A DNA stretch of 64,000 bases from NCBI GenBank assembly GCA_016125455.1, contig WGLS01000027.1, positions 9,954 through 73,953 on the forward strand, in the 5' to 3' direction. Source of the DNA: Alphaproteobacteria bacterium. Its GTDB lineage: Bacteria; Pseudomonadota; Alphaproteobacteria; Caulobacterales; Parvularculaceae. The notes below the pieces were generated by a model, which saw only the letters and a list, made by a program, of their open reading frames with translations, was not told where the DNA came from and did not search any database. This document shows, one piece after another, positions 37,508-47,412 of the stretch. The translations under genes and the position numbers were made by a program. The first letter of the stretch is position 1, and every line of letters starts with the position of its first letter.

Positions 37508-39073
37508 ATGAAGTTCAGCGATCTCGGACTCGATCCGAAAGTACTCCAAGCCCTCACCGACGCGGGCTATGACACGCCAACGCCGATTCAGGAAAAAGCT
37601 ATTCCGGAAGCCCTGCAGGGCCGGGACGTCCTTGGGATCGCGCAGACCGGCACCGGCAAGACGGCGTCATTCACCCTGCCGATGATCCACCGACTTGCCC
37701 GAGGACGCGCCCGCGCCCGGATGCCTCGATCGCTCGTCCTTGCGCCAACGCGGGAGCTGGCCGCGCAGGTGGCGGACAGCTTCGAGAAGTATGGCAAGAA
37801 CCACAAGCTTTCGATGGCGCTGCTGATCGGCGGCGTTTCGTTTGCCGATCAGGATGCGAAGCTGACCCGCGGCGTCGATGTGTTGATCGCGACTCCCGGC
37901 CGCCTGCTCGACCACTTCGAGCGCGGACGACTTCTGCTGAATGGCATTGAGGTCATGGTCGTCGACGAAGCTGACCGGATGCTCGACATGGGCTTCATTC
38001 CGGACATCGAGCGCATCTTCAAACTCACGCCGATCACCCGGCAAACGCTGTTCTTTTCTGCGACGATGCCGCCGGAGATCAAGCGCATTACCGATCAGTT
38101 TCTGAGCGCGCCGGCGCGGATCGAGGTTGCAAAGCCAGCGACGACGGCGGAAACCATCAAGCAGCGGCTTGTACGCGTGCCGAAGTCGGACGACGCGCTG
38201 AAACGACATACCCTTCGGTCCCTGCTATCCCGTGACGACGTCAAGAACGGCATCGTGTTCTGCAATCGGAAATCGTCCGTAGACGTTGTAGCGAAGTCGC
38301 TGCAAAAGCATGGCTTCAATGCCAGGCCGATTCACGGCGACCTTGCGCAAGCGTTTAGGACCGAGACGCTAGACAAGTTTCGTTCGGGCGAACTCCAGTT
38401 CCTGATCGCTTCCGACGTCGCCGCCCGCGGCCTCGACATTCCGGCCGTCAGCCACGTGTTCAACTATGACGTCCCGATCAATGCCGACGATTACGTCCAC
38501 CGGATCGGCCGCACCGGACGAGCAGGCCGTCAGGGCGCGACGTTCATGCTGGTGACGCCTAAGGACGAAAAGGCGCTGCAGGCGATCCTCAAGGCGACCA
38601 GCATTGAGAAAATCGCGGATGAGGAGCTGGCGCCCGACTTTTTTGACGACGCCCCGGAATCCGCCAAGCGGCGGGATGCGGGCGGCCGAGGACGGCGCGG
38701 ATCGGAATCCCGGGAGAAGTCCTCAAGAGGCCGAGACGATCGAAAACGCCAGGACCGGCCCCGCCGCGGTCACGAGGCCGAAAACGAGCCACGGGACGAA
38801 GCGTCGGCAATCGCCGATGCGCCGGCGGACACCGCGTCGCCAGGGACAAACGAAAACTCGCGGCAGCGGCCGCGGCGCGACGCGGGGCAGCCTTCAACCG
38901 AAACGACCTCTCCGGCACGCGGCGCTGACGGTAGTTCCGGGAGCAATCCCGGCAACGGTCCTGACAGGGGCGGAGAACGTCGCCGGCGGCCGTCGCGAAG
39001 CCGCGACGCACATGACGAGGGGCACGCGCCGCTGGGTTTCGGCGACTCGCCGCCTGCTTTCATTCTTCGTTAA
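37508..39073 (+). CDS. rhlE: DEAD-box ATP-dependent RNA helicase (RhlE-like) with Arg/Asp/Gly-rich tail
   Basis: F..LGL Q-motif, AQTGTGKTA, PTRELA, VVDEADRM (DEAD), SAT and HRIGRTGRAG motifs are present. Start trimmed to the ATG at 37508. Confidence 0.9.
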   Translation: MKFSDLGLDPKVLQALTDAGYDTPTPIQEKAIPEALQGRDVLGIAQTGTGKTASFTLPMIHRLARGRARARMPRSLVLAPTRELAAQVADSFEKYGKNHKLSMALLIGGVSFADQDAKLTRGVDVLIATPGRLLDHFERGRLLLNGIEVMVVDEADRMLDMGFIPDIERIFKLTPITRQTLFFSATMPPEIKRITDQFLSAPARIEVAKPATTAETIKQRLVRVPKSDDALKRHTLRSLLSRDDVKNGIVFCNRKSSVDVVAKSLQKHGFNARPIHGDLAQAFRTETLDKFRSGELQFLIASDVAARGLDIPAVSHVFNYDVPINADDYVHRIGRTGRAGRQGATFMLVTPKDEKALQAILKATSIEKIADEELAPDFFDDAPESAKRRDAGGRGRRGSESREKSSRGRDDRKRQDRPRRGHEAENEPRDEASAIADAPADTASPGTNENSRQRPRRDAGQPSTETTSPARGADGSSGSNPGNGPDRGGERRRRPSRSRDAHDEGHAPLGFGDSPPAFILR

Positions 39074-39185
39074 GCGTCCCTGCGGCCACTGTCCTTAACG
39101 CGGTTAGCGTCCGGTTATCCATTCCTTTACGCCCGAGGCGTACGGTTTTCGGTGAACATCCGACCGCGCACGAGAGTTGACCACA

Positions 39186-40262
39186 ATGACGGAAGATCTG
39201 GATCGCTCATATGGCGTCGCCGAAGAAGCGTTGAAAGCCTTGAGGGCTCTGCATCTTGCGGCGACTCCCAGAAACCTCGAGCTTCTGATTTTCCACCTGG
39301 GTCGTTCCAACGGTGAACTGTCCCGCGACCTGAAAGCCAGCATCGGCCCCGACGGCGCTATGAGCCAGGAACAGGCCGACCGCCTCTACGAAGTCCATAT
39401 TCTGCGCGTCGACCTTGCTTCAGAAATCGCTGAAATGCTGCAGCGGTTTGAAACGGAAGTCGGAAAGGTCGCCGGGGCGGTGGCCGAGAGCGGCCGCGAT
39501 TCGAAAGACCACGCCGAAGCGCTCAGCAATTTGTCCGGCGCCCTGACCGACAAGCTTGGGACCTCGAACGCCGACGTCTCCCGACTGGTCGATGGCGTCC
39601 TTACTGTCGTCAAGGCGGTCACCGAAACAAACAGTCGTCTTGAGACGCAACTTGCGGACTCGTCCGAGGAGATCACGTTCCTCAAGGAGAGCATTGCGGT
39701 CATCCAGCTTGAAGCGATGACCGATCCCCTCACCGGCGTAAAGAACCGCAAGACCTTCGATGACGCCATCGAACGGACGGTCGACAAATCCCGCCAGGAC
39801 CATGTCCCGATGTCGCTAATTCTGGCGGACGTCGACCACTTCAAGCGCTTCAACGATCGCTGGGGCCATCAGACCGGCGACCAGGTGCTGCGCCTCGTTG
39901 CGGACATGATGAAAGCGAACGTAAAGGGCCAGGACGTATTGGCGCGCTATGGCGGCGAGGAGTTCGCGATCATCCTGCCACAGACGACCCGCGACAATGG
40001 GATCCTGCTGGCCGACAGGATCCGGGAAGCCGTCGGCGCGCGCGCGTTGAAGAAGCGCCGCACCAACGAAAACATGGGCAATGTTACTCTTTCGATGGGC
40101 GTTGCGACGCTTCGGGAAGACGATACTGTCGAAACAATCATTGAACGCGCCGACCGTTGCCTGTACGCGGCGAAAGCCAATGGGCGAAATCAGGTGGTCT
40201 GCGATGCGACCGAACCCGCAGCGCTGTCAGGCAAAGCGTCAGCGGACGGCGCTGCGGCCTGA
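39186..40262 (+). CDS. Diguanylate cyclase (GGDEF domain) with coiled-coil N-terminal region
   Basis: DPLTGVKNRKTF...ILADVDHFKRFNDRWGHQTGDQVL...ARYGGEEFAIIL. ATG at 39186 with a GAGAG SD; the upstream TTG at 39177 is also possible. Confidence 0.9.
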   Translation: MTEDLDRSYGVAEEALKALRALHLAATPRNLELLIFHLGRSNGELSRDLKASIGPDGAMSQEQADRLYEVHILRVDLASEIAEMLQRFETEVGKVAGAVAESGRDSKDHAEALSNLSGALTDKLGTSNADVSRLVDGVLTVVKAVTETNSRLETQLADSSEEITFLKESIAVIQLEAMTDPLTGVKNRKTFDDAIERTVDKSRQDHVPMSLILADVDHFKRFNDRWGHQTGDQVLRLVADMMKANVKGQDVLARYGGEEFAIILPQTTRDNGILLADRIREAVGARALKKRRTNENMGNVTLSMGVATLREDDTVETIIERADRCLYAAKANGRNQVVCDATEPAALSGKASADGAAA

Positions 40263-40748
40263 CGGCCCGCATCCTGGGCGGCCCGCAACCTGGGCAGCGC
40301 CGGCCGGCCGCGCCTCGCACGCGCCGTTTTCGCATGCTTCGTCCCGGAAGATAAGACGCGCGGTATGGTGAACAACCGGCCGCATGACCAGAAATGCGCG
40401 ATAGGCCACTTCCGCGATCCCAAGCAAAGGTTGTCGACCGAACAGGCGCCCTAGCCAGAAGAGCCCCGGCGTTTGGCGCCACAGCGCGGCGAACGCCGCC
40501 GCGCCATCGATCATCACGCCAGAAGCGGTGCGAACGTGAAATCGCGCGAGAGCGTTTTCATGCGACAGTCCACTGACCGATTGCAGGTCGGCCGTCGAGA
40601 CGTCAATGAATTCTACGCCGCGGCTTCTGTTGCGATAAAAACTGATTTCCCGTCGGCAAAGCGGACACGCGCCGTCGAAGAAGACGGTCAAGGCCGCGGG
40701 CGGGCGCCCTTCCCCCTCGGCGATATCTGCGATGGATAAACTTGACAT
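40239..40748 (-). CDS. Thiol-disulfide oxidoreductase DCC-family protein (DUF393)
   Basis: VFFDGACPLCRREISFYR is the DCC motif. Start trimmed to the ATG at 40748. The 3' end overlaps the convergent GGDEF gene by 24 nt. Confidence 0.75.
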   Translation of the reverse strand: MSSLSIADIAEGEGRPPAALTVFFDGACPLCRREISFYRNRSRGVEFIDVSTADLQSVSGLSHENALARFHVRTASGVMIDGAAAFAALWRQTPGLFWLGRLFGRQPLLGIAEVAYRAFLVMRPVVHHTARLIFRDEACENGACEARPAGAAQVAGRPGCGPSGRSAVR

Positions 40749-40875
40749 GCTGGGTCTACGCACGGCGTAGGCCGCACCGATCAGTCCGGCCGGCAAGAGT
40801 TGCGGCGCTCAGGGTCGAATCTGGCCGCACAGGGCGTTTCGTGCCGGGTAACTCAAGGAGGGCAAACGCGCGAGA

Positions 40876-41292
40876 TCAGTCGTCGCGGTGAACCCGCTCG
40901 TCGCGCTCATGACGCTCCTGCGCTTCCAGCGACAGGGTTGCGATCGGCCGGGCCTCGAGCCGCCTCAGGCCAATCGGCTCGCCTGTTTCCTCGCAGTAGC
41001 CGTATTCGCCGGTTTCGATCCGCCGTAGCGCCGCTTCTATCTTGGAGATAAGCTTGCGCTGGCGATCCCGGGTGCGCAGTTCAAGGGCCTTGTCGGTCTC
41101 GCTTGACGCCCGGTCCGCAATGTCCGCCAGGTGGAGGCTTTCAGCCTGGAGCCCGTCGAGCGTGCCCTTGCTTTCGCGCAGGATCTCGTTCTTCCAGTCG
41201 AGAAGCTTCTTTTTGAAGTACTCTTTCTGCCGATCGCACATAAACGGCTCATCATCGGCTGGCCGATAGTCTTCAAGTTCAATCGCTGACAT
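40876..41292 (-). CDS. dksA: RNA polymerase-binding transcription factor DksA
   Basis: Coiled-coil with the acidic tip (ADRASSETD) and C-terminal zinc-finger region YGYCEETGEPIGLRRLEARP. Confidence 0.95.
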   Translation of the reverse strand: MSAIELEDYRPADDEPFMCDRQKEYFKKKLLDWKNEILRESKGTLDGLQAESLHLADIADRASSETDKALELRTRDRQRKLISKIEAALRRIETGEYGYCEETGEPIGLRRLEARPIATLSLEAQERHERDERVHRDD

Positions 41293-41598
41293 CGGTTCGC
41301 TCCCAACAACCTACTGACGCGCTAGCCCGAACGTTCTTGCGACGCTCTTTACAAAGCGCTGGCTCTATAGCGACGCCCCCCGGCCCGCTCAAGTCGTAAA
41401 GCGAGCCTGCGACGACAGACATCGGATGCCGATAGACGATGATTCTGACAATTTTGTTGCCGAGGCCGACGGAATTCGCGGTCTCTTGCATCGAACTTTG
41501 TCGCGACGCCCGATAGACCTGGATTGCTGCAGCGCAACAACACGTCCCGGACCGCATTCGCCGGTCGAATGGCCGTGTTTTCGTCAGCTAGCGGACGC

Positions 41599-42357
41599 TT
41601 AGTCGAGGGGGGAATTCGCGAAATCGAAGGACACGCCGGTTGCGTTATCGATCGCAATTTCGATTTCCAGATCCCGGGCCGCTTTGGCGCCAACCGCCAC
41701 GATCGCTGATGATTCGTCCGAAGATGACGCGCCAACCGCGCTGTCGATCTTCCCCTTGAGCGACGGCGTGCGGTTGAATGAAACGGCGATGCCCGCGGCG
41801 GACCGTGAGGAAACGAACTTTCCCATGTCGTGCAGGAACAGCGCCACCTGCAACTTGAAATTGTCTCGACCGACGCCGCCTGGCATGACGATATTCCGCC
41901 CAAAGATTAAAAGCTGCTGGGAGGCGTCATAAACAACGCGGGTGACCGTCGACTCGCCGTTAAATCGATTGAGATCGTCATAGGCGACGCCGGAGCTTGA
42001 CTGGGCCGTGGTGATCGTCGCCTGGCTGCAACCCGCCGCCTGGGCAGGATTGGCGCATTTCAGGAAACTCACCAGAAAACGCCCGCCTCCGCCGGTTTCC
42101 GCCAGCAGGACAGGCGTCGCGGCGCCGGAAGGCGCTGCGCGCATTTCGCTCGAGATCTCGAACTCCGTCAGCATCTGCGCGACGTCCGCGGCGCTGATCG
42201 TCTGAAGGTTGGCGTTCAGAGCATTCGCCGTCTGCGCAGCCGCCCCGGACAGTCCAAAACCGATCCCGAGGCCGACTGCGGCGGCCGCGCAAGCCGCCAT
42301 GCCGGCTATTGGTTTCTTGGCTATTGGTTTCTTGATTAGGCCCTTCGCGAACGCCAT
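41599..42357 (-). CDS. Exported hypothetical protein
   Basis: 252-aa ORF with signal peptide (KKPIAGMAACAAAAVGLGIGFGLSGAAAQTANA). The central part (RFLVSFLKC...GVAYDDLNRFNGES..TRVVYD) is vaguely YbjN-like, which is not verified. Confidence 0.45.
   Translation of the reverse strand: MAFAKGLIKKPIAKKPIAGMAACAAAAVGLGIGFGLSGAAAQTANALNANLQTISAADVAQMLTEFEISSEMRAAPSGAATPVLLAETGGGGRFLVSFLKCANPAQAAGCSQATITTAQSSSGVAYDDLNRFNGESTVTRVVYDASQQLLIFGRNIVMPGGVGRDNFKLQVALFLHDMGKFVSSRSAAGIAVSFNRTPSLKGKIDSAVGASSSDESSAIVAVGAKAARDLEIEIAIDNATGVSFDFANSPLD
42304..42333. repeat. Perfect 15-bp tandem duplication GGCTATTGGTTTCTT x2 (encodes KKPIA-KKPIA in the signal-peptide n-region)
   Basis: Read directly from the sequence at 42304-42318 and 42319-42333. 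Confidence 0.9.
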
Positions 42358-42427
42358 GCCAGCACCCCTAGTCTTTTCCGGCGAACCCCGCCTGATCGCA
42401 AAACACTAACACAACGGCGTCGCGCGC

Positions 42428-43894
42428 CTAGACCGGCTGCGCTGAATTCTCGACCCAAAGTGGCCTCGTTCGCCGGTAGAGGCGCCACGACAACAGGGCC
42501 GCCGCAACGCCAAGCGACGTCAGAAGCCCCCACCAGACGCCTTCGGCGCCGACTGGCGTGCCAAGGCCCAGATACGCGGCAAGCGGGAATCCGACGCCCC
42601 AATACGCCACTCCGGTGATCACCATCGGCGCGCGCACGTCCTTGAGCCCTCGCAGCGCCTGATGCGCGGCGACCTGTATCGCATCAAAGATCATGAAGAG
42701 GGCGGCAATGCGCAGGAACGACGCCACGAGCGGCAGGACGGCCGCATTTTGGGGGTCTTCGACTCTCAGATAGAGCGCTCCGATCGCAGCCGGGGCGAAA
42801 AACACGACGCCAGCGAAACCGGCGATCGCCACAACGGAGAAAGCGACCGAGAGCGCCGCTGCGCGGCGAACCCCGTCGCGATCCCCCGCGCCTTCATGCA
42901 GGCCGACACGAACGCCGCCGGCAATGGCGAAGCCGAACGCCGACATGAACGCCATCGCCGCAACATTCAGCGCCACCTGGTAGGCCGCCATCTCGTCAAC
43001 GCCGATCCGGCCCATCAGCAAGATGCACGCGTTGAACAGAAGGCCCTCAAATGCGGTCGCAACCGCAATCGGCCAGCCGAGCGCGACGACGACCTTGAGT
43101 CGCGCCCAGTCCGGCAAGAAAGCTTCCTGCAAAATTCCATAGGGTCGGGCGCGTTCATCAACCCGGCAAAAAAGCGCGAGCGCGGCAAACCCCGCAATGT
43201 TCGAAAGGGACGAAGCTATGCCTGCGCCGAGCAGGCCGAGTTTCGGCGCGCCAAACGCCCCGAAGATCAGCAGCCAGTTCAGGAATGCGTTCAGCAACGT
43301 CGTGCAGACGACAACGAACAACGGAAAGCGCGTCCGTTCGATCGCTGCCAGAAAATTTCGCAGGATCAGGATGCCGACAGCGAAGGGCCAACCCGGCGCA
43401 AGCGCGATGATGTATGGCCCCGCCATGTCGGCAAGTTCAGCCGGTTGACCAAGCGCGCGGCACAATTGCGGCGCAACCGCATAGGCGGCGAACACGAACG
43501 GAAAGAGCATCGCCACGGACCAAAGGCCCATCCTCACGGACCGGCGCACGTCATCCGCGGTCGCTTCATCCGCGCCGCCCTTGCCCGCCGCAGCGCCGAT
43601 CGACTGCGAGACGAGGGGCGAAATCGCCATCGCCGGCCCAAAACCGACAAGCCAGGCCGAAAAAAAGAACAATAGACCGAGCGACGCCGCCGCCAGGGCG
43701 TCGGGCCCCAACCGACCGATCATAAGGACGTCGATCGCGTTGATTGAAAACTGGACGATCTGGGTCAGCGCCATCGGCGCGCCAAGCAGAAAAAGTGCGC
43801 GCGCCTCCGCGCCCCACGATCCGTCTACGGATGGCGTGAACCGCCGCCGCGGCCGGGCCGCGACCCCTTGGGATACTTGTCCATCGTTGGCCAT
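42428..43894 (-). CDS. MATE-family efflux transporter
   Basis: 12-TM profile. LFLLGAPMALTQIVQFSINAIDVLMIGRLG is the typical MATE N-terminus. Start trimmed from 44140 to the ATG at 43894. Confidence 0.9.
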   Translation of the reverse strand: MANDGQVSQGVAARPRRRFTPSVDGSWGAEARALFLLGAPMALTQIVQFSINAIDVLMIGRLGPDALAAASLGLLFFFSAWLVGFGPAMAISPLVSQSIGAAAGKGGADEATADDVRRSVRMGLWSVAMLFPFVFAAYAVAPQLCRALGQPAELADMAGPYIIALAPGWPFAVGILILRNFLAAIERTRFPLFVVVCTTLLNAFLNWLLIFGAFGAPKLGLLGAGIASSLSNIAGFAALALFCRVDERARPYGILQEAFLPDWARLKVVVALGWPIAVATAFEGLLFNACILLMGRIGVDEMAAYQVALNVAAMAFMSAFGFAIAGGVRVGLHEGAGDRDGVRRAAALSVAFSVVAIAGFAGVVFFAPAAIGALYLRVEDPQNAAVLPLVASFLRIAALFMIFDAIQVAAHQALRGLKDVRAPMVITGVAYWGVGFPLAAYLGLGTPVGAEGVWWGLLTSLGVAAALLSWRLYRRTRPLWVENSAQPV

Positions 43895-44003
43895 CGAAAC
43901 GCGTCGGCGCCCTTCTCCGCCACCGGTCCCCGGACAGGACCCCGAAGCGGCCGTCGGCGCTAGCACGAAAGAACCGCGACGGCGATGGCGGAACGCTGAA
44001 AAT

Positions 44004-44864
44004 TCACTGCCGGACCAGATCCGCCACCCGGCCGCGGATTTCGGGCAACAATTCTTCCGCGAACCATGGGTTTTTCCGTAGCCAGGCATTGTTGCGCCAG
44101 GACGGATGCGGCAACGGCACAAATAGCGGACCGACATCACGCCACTGCCGGACCCGTTCCGTCATCGTTCGCGCGGCTGTCCGCCCGAGATGCCATTCCT
44201 GCGCGTAGGACCCGACCAAAAGCGCCAGCTTGAGCCCCGGCAGCGCCGCCAGAAGGCGCCGGCGCCAAGTCTTCGCGCAAATCCGGGGCGGCGGCTTGTC
44301 GCCGCCCTTCGCGTCATAGCCCGGAAAGCAGAACGCCATCGGCGCAATCGCGAATGCTTGAGGATCGTAGAATATGGCTTCATCGACGCCCAACCACTCG
44401 CGAAGCCGCACGCCCGAAGGGTCCTGGAACGGCCGTCCCTTCTGGTGGGCGAGGTTGCCGGGCGCCTGACTGTAAATCGCGATGCGCGGACTGGGCCCGA
44501 CCTGCAGAATCGGCTTCGGCTCATGGTCGAACTGCGCTGCGCAGATCCGGCAGGCGCGAATCGCGGCGGCGACGTCTTCGACAGTCTCGACGCCACCTGT
44601 CGGCGATCGCCGCGCCAGCCGGACCGGTCCGACCGCCGCCTTCGGATCGACGGGCTTGCCGCGCTGGCGCATCTCGATTTCGCCTTTGTCGACGAGTTCC
44701 TCCGCGACGGAGCGGACCAGCGGCATCAGCCGGCGCCAGTCCTCGCCGCCAATCCGGCGCGCGGCCTCTGACGGGCAGATGGACTTGCCGGCCCCGCGTC
44801 GCGAGACAAGATCCATGATCGCCGCGGTCGCCGCCGGTTTGCCCTTATGGTCGAAATCCGTCAT
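44004..44864 (-). CDS. Fusion: DUF3253-like N-terminal domain plus uracil-DNA glycosylase superfamily domain
   Basis: KSICPSEAARRIGGEDWRRLMPLVRSVAEELVDKGEIEMRQRGKPVDP..GPVRL is DUF3253-like. IAIYSQAPGNLAHQKGRPFQDPSGVRLREWL...LPHPSWRN are UDG-like motifs A and B. ATG at 44864 with a GAGGA SD; alternative ATG at 44888. Confidence 0.7.
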   Translation of the reverse strand: MTDFDHKGKPAATAAIMDLVSRRGAGKSICPSEAARRIGGEDWRRLMPLVRSVAEELVDKGEIEMRQRGKPVDPKAAVGPVRLARRSPTGGVETVEDVAAAIRACRICAAQFDHEPKPILQVGPSPRIAIYSQAPGNLAHQKGRPFQDPSGVRLREWLGVDEAIFYDPQAFAIAPMAFCFPGYDAKGGDKPPPRICAKTWRRRLLAALPGLKLALLVGSYAQEWHLGRTAARTMTERVRQWRDVGPLFVPLPHPSWRNNAWLRKNPWFAEELLPEIRGRVADLVRQ

Positions 44865-44922
44865 TTCCTCTTCACGCTTTGCGGGCATGGCTCGCCGGCG
44901 TCACTATAGGAAAAGGTCGCCA

Positions 44923-46431
44923 ATGTCGCATATCCTGCCGCGCCCCGCCCCCGATCTTCTGGCGAACACGATCGACTACGAGACAACGCCTCTCGTAAAG
45001 CCGACCGGCTTTCGCGAGTACGACGCCCGCTGGCTCTTCCGCAAGGAGATCAACCTCCTTGGCGTGCAGGCGCTTGGGCAAGGACTCGGCACGTTGATCC
45101 GCGAGATGGACGTCGCGCCGCGGATCGTCGTCGGGCACGACTTCCGGGAGTACTCGATCTCGATCAAGCAGGCGCTCACGGTCGGCCTCATGACGGCGGG
45201 CATCGAAGTGAACGACATTGGCCTCGCCCTGTCGCCGGTCGCCTATTTCGCGCAGTTCGAGCTCGATATTCCCTGCGTCGCCATGGTGACGGCAAGCCAT
45301 AACGAAAACGGCTGGACCGGCGTGAAAATGGGCGCGGGACGCCCGCTCACCTTCGGGCCTGACGAAATGGGCCGCCTCAAGGACATTGTCCTTGCCGGCG
45401 CCTACCGGTCATTCGAAGGCGGGTCATACCGGGCCGTATCCGGCCTAAGGGAGCGATACCTCGCGGACCTTGTCAAAGACGTCAGAATTGACCGCAAGCT
45501 GAAGGTAATTGCGGCGTGCGGCAACGGCACGGCGGGCGCATTCGCGCCGGAGGCTCTTTCACGCCTTGGCGTCGAGGTTATCCCGATGGATGCGGAACTC
45601 GACTTCACGTTTCCGAAATACAATCCTAACCCGGAAGACATGGAGATGCTCCACGCGATGCGCGACGCCGTTCAGATGCACGGCGCCGACCTCGCCCTCG
45701 GGTTCGATGGAGACGGCGACCGATGCGGCGTCGTCGACGATGAGGGCGAAGAGATTTTCGCCGACAAGATCGGCGTCATGCTGGCGCGCGACCTGTCGTC
45801 AATCAACGCGAACGCCAGATTTGTCGTCGACGTGAAGTCAACCGGCCTTTTCATGACGGACCCTGTACTGATCGAAAACGGGGCCGAGACGACCTACTGG
45901 AAAACAGGCCATTCCTACATCAAGCGCAAGAGCCATGAAATGAACGCTCTCGCCGGCTTTGAAAAATCCGGGCACTTCTTTTTCCGCGGCGATGTCGGGC
46001 GCGGTTACGACGACGGACTTGTGGCGGCGATCGCCATCCTGAAAATGCTCGACCGTAGTCCAGGCAAGAAGCTTTCCGATTTGCGCAAGGCCCTGCCGCG
46101 AACCTGGCAGTCGCCGACAATGTCGCCAAAGTGCGCCGACGAAGTGAAGTACGATGTCGTCAAAAGGGTCGTGAAAGCGATTGAATCCAGGGCCGCCAGC
46201 GGCGAAAAGATCATTGGCCAGACGATCCGTGACGTCGTCACGGTGAATGGCGTACGGGTAACTGTCGAGGACGGCACCTGGGGTCTTGTGCGAGCCTCAT
46301 CCAACAAGCCGGAACTCGTCGTCGTCGTCGAAAGTCCGTCGTCTGAGCAGGCGATGAAGGCGATGTTCGGGGAGCTCGACGCAATTCTTTCCGCGCAGCC
46401 GGAAGTCGGCGCCTACAACCAGAAGATCTAA
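44923..46431 (+). CDS. Phosphomannomutase/phosphoglucomutase (alpha-D-phosphohexomutase)
   Basis: MVTASHNENGWTGVKM (active-site Ser), GFDGDGDRCGVVD (metal loop), FEKSGHFFF. Start trimmed from 44482 to the ATG at 44923. Confidence 0.9.
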   Translation: MSHILPRPAPDLLANTIDYETTPLVKPTGFREYDARWLFRKEINLLGVQALGQGLGTLIREMDVAPRIVVGHDFREYSISIKQALTVGLMTAGIEVNDIGLALSPVAYFAQFELDIPCVAMVTASHNENGWTGVKMGAGRPLTFGPDEMGRLKDIVLAGAYRSFEGGSYRAVSGLRERYLADLVKDVRIDRKLKVIAACGNGTAGAFAPEALSRLGVEVIPMDAELDFTFPKYNPNPEDMEMLHAMRDAVQMHGADLALGFDGDGDRCGVVDDEGEEIFADKIGVMLARDLSSINANARFVVDVKSTGLFMTDPVLIENGAETTYWKTGHSYIKRKSHEMNALAGFEKSGHFFFRGDVGRGYDDGLVAAIAILKMLDRSPGKKLSDLRKALPRTWQSPTMSPKCADEVKYDVVKRVVKAIESRAASGEKIIGQTIRDVVTVNGVRVTVEDGTWGLVRASSNKPELVVVVESPSSEQAMKAMFGELDAILSAQPEVGAYNQKI

Positions 46432-46435
46432 GCTG

Positions 46436-47404
46436 ATGGAACGCCTATCCGCCAAGACGCTTGCCGCCGCCCTTCTTGCCGGCGGCTTAGCCCTTTTCGC
46501 GACAGTTTCTCTCGCACAGGACAGCGGCACGATCCGCTTCAGGCCAACCGACCAGATCGTCCAGGATCGAACCGGCGCGCCGCCGCGACGGAACGCGCCC
46601 GCGCTCTGGCGCGTCAGCCGGAACGAAGGAACGAACGTTTACCTCTTCGGCACGCTCCACGTATTGCCCGAGGGCGTCGCCTGGCGAACGCCTGTCTATG
46701 ATGCGGCGATGGCGGACGCTGAGGTAACCGCAATTGAAACGGACTCCGAAAGCCCCGCGGCCCAGGAGCGCCTTCAGGCGCTGGTCCAGCGCTACGGCGT
46801 CCGCAAGAAGGGGCTTCTATCTGATCTTCTGGGTCCGGAACGCTGGCGCGCCTTCGAAGACCGCGCCCGAGCGGTCGGCGTCGACCCGGACGGCCTGCAA
46901 CGCGCCGAGCCATGGCTCGCCATCCTCAGCGTCACGATGGCGGCCTTCGAGAAGGAGGGCTTTGGTGGAGGCGAAGGCGTCGACGACGCCGTGCTCGACC
47001 AGGCGCGCCTGGAGGCGGACGTGATCGCCTTCCTCGAACCGGTCGATGCCCAGATCAAGGCGATGGCGAGCCTTGACGCAGATGGCGACCTCGCCAGCTT
47101 CGACGCCTCGCTTGAGGAACTGACGAATTTTCGTCAGCAGACGGAGACGATGCTGACGGCATGGTCGAGCGGCGACCTTGAGGGCCTTGAGGCGGTCGCC
47201 CTGACCGACCTGCGCCGGATTGCGCCGGCCGCTTATGAGGCGCTGTTCGTTGACCGCAATGCGGCGTGGCTTGGAAAGATCGACGCATACCTTGGCGGCG
47301 ACCAGGACGTCTTCGTAGCGGTCGGCGCCGGGCACCTGGTGGGACCGGACGGACTGGTGGCGAAATTGAAAGCCCGCGGCGTCAGCGTCGAGAGGCTGCA
47401 ATAG
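46436..47404 (+). CDS. TraB/GumN-family protein, exported
   Basis: Signal peptide, LFGTLHVLPEGVAW (GTxH motif) and VAVGAGHLVGPDGL. Confidence 0.8.
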   Translation: MERLSAKTLAAALLAGGLALFATVSLAQDSGTIRFRPTDQIVQDRTGAPPRRNAPALWRVSRNEGTNVYLFGTLHVLPEGVAWRTPVYDAAMADAEVTAIETDSESPAAQERLQALVQRYGVRKKGLLSDLLGPERWRAFEDRARAVGVDPDGLQRAEPWLAILSVTMAAFEKEGFGGGEGVDDAVLDQARLEADVIAFLEPVDAQIKAMASLDADGDLASFDASLEELTNFRQQTETMLTAWSSGDLEGLEAVALTDLRRIAPAAYEALFVDRNAAWLGKIDAYLGGDQDVFVAVGAGHLVGPDGLVAKLKARGVSVERLQ

Positions 47405-47412
47405 GTTGGCGA

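Noticed and set aside
41364-41392. Possible sigma-70 promoter for dksA (minus strand TTGAGC-N17-TATAGA)
   Set aside because: The spacing is right, but the match is modest and there are many near-equivalent alternatives in a 300-bp leader. That is insufficient support without start-site data.
44482-44922. 147-aa N-terminal extension of the phosphohexomutase ORF in the track
   Set aside because: The extension is antisense to the UDG-fusion gene and Arg-rich. The conserved PGM/PMM sequence begins at MSHILPRP (ATG 44923).
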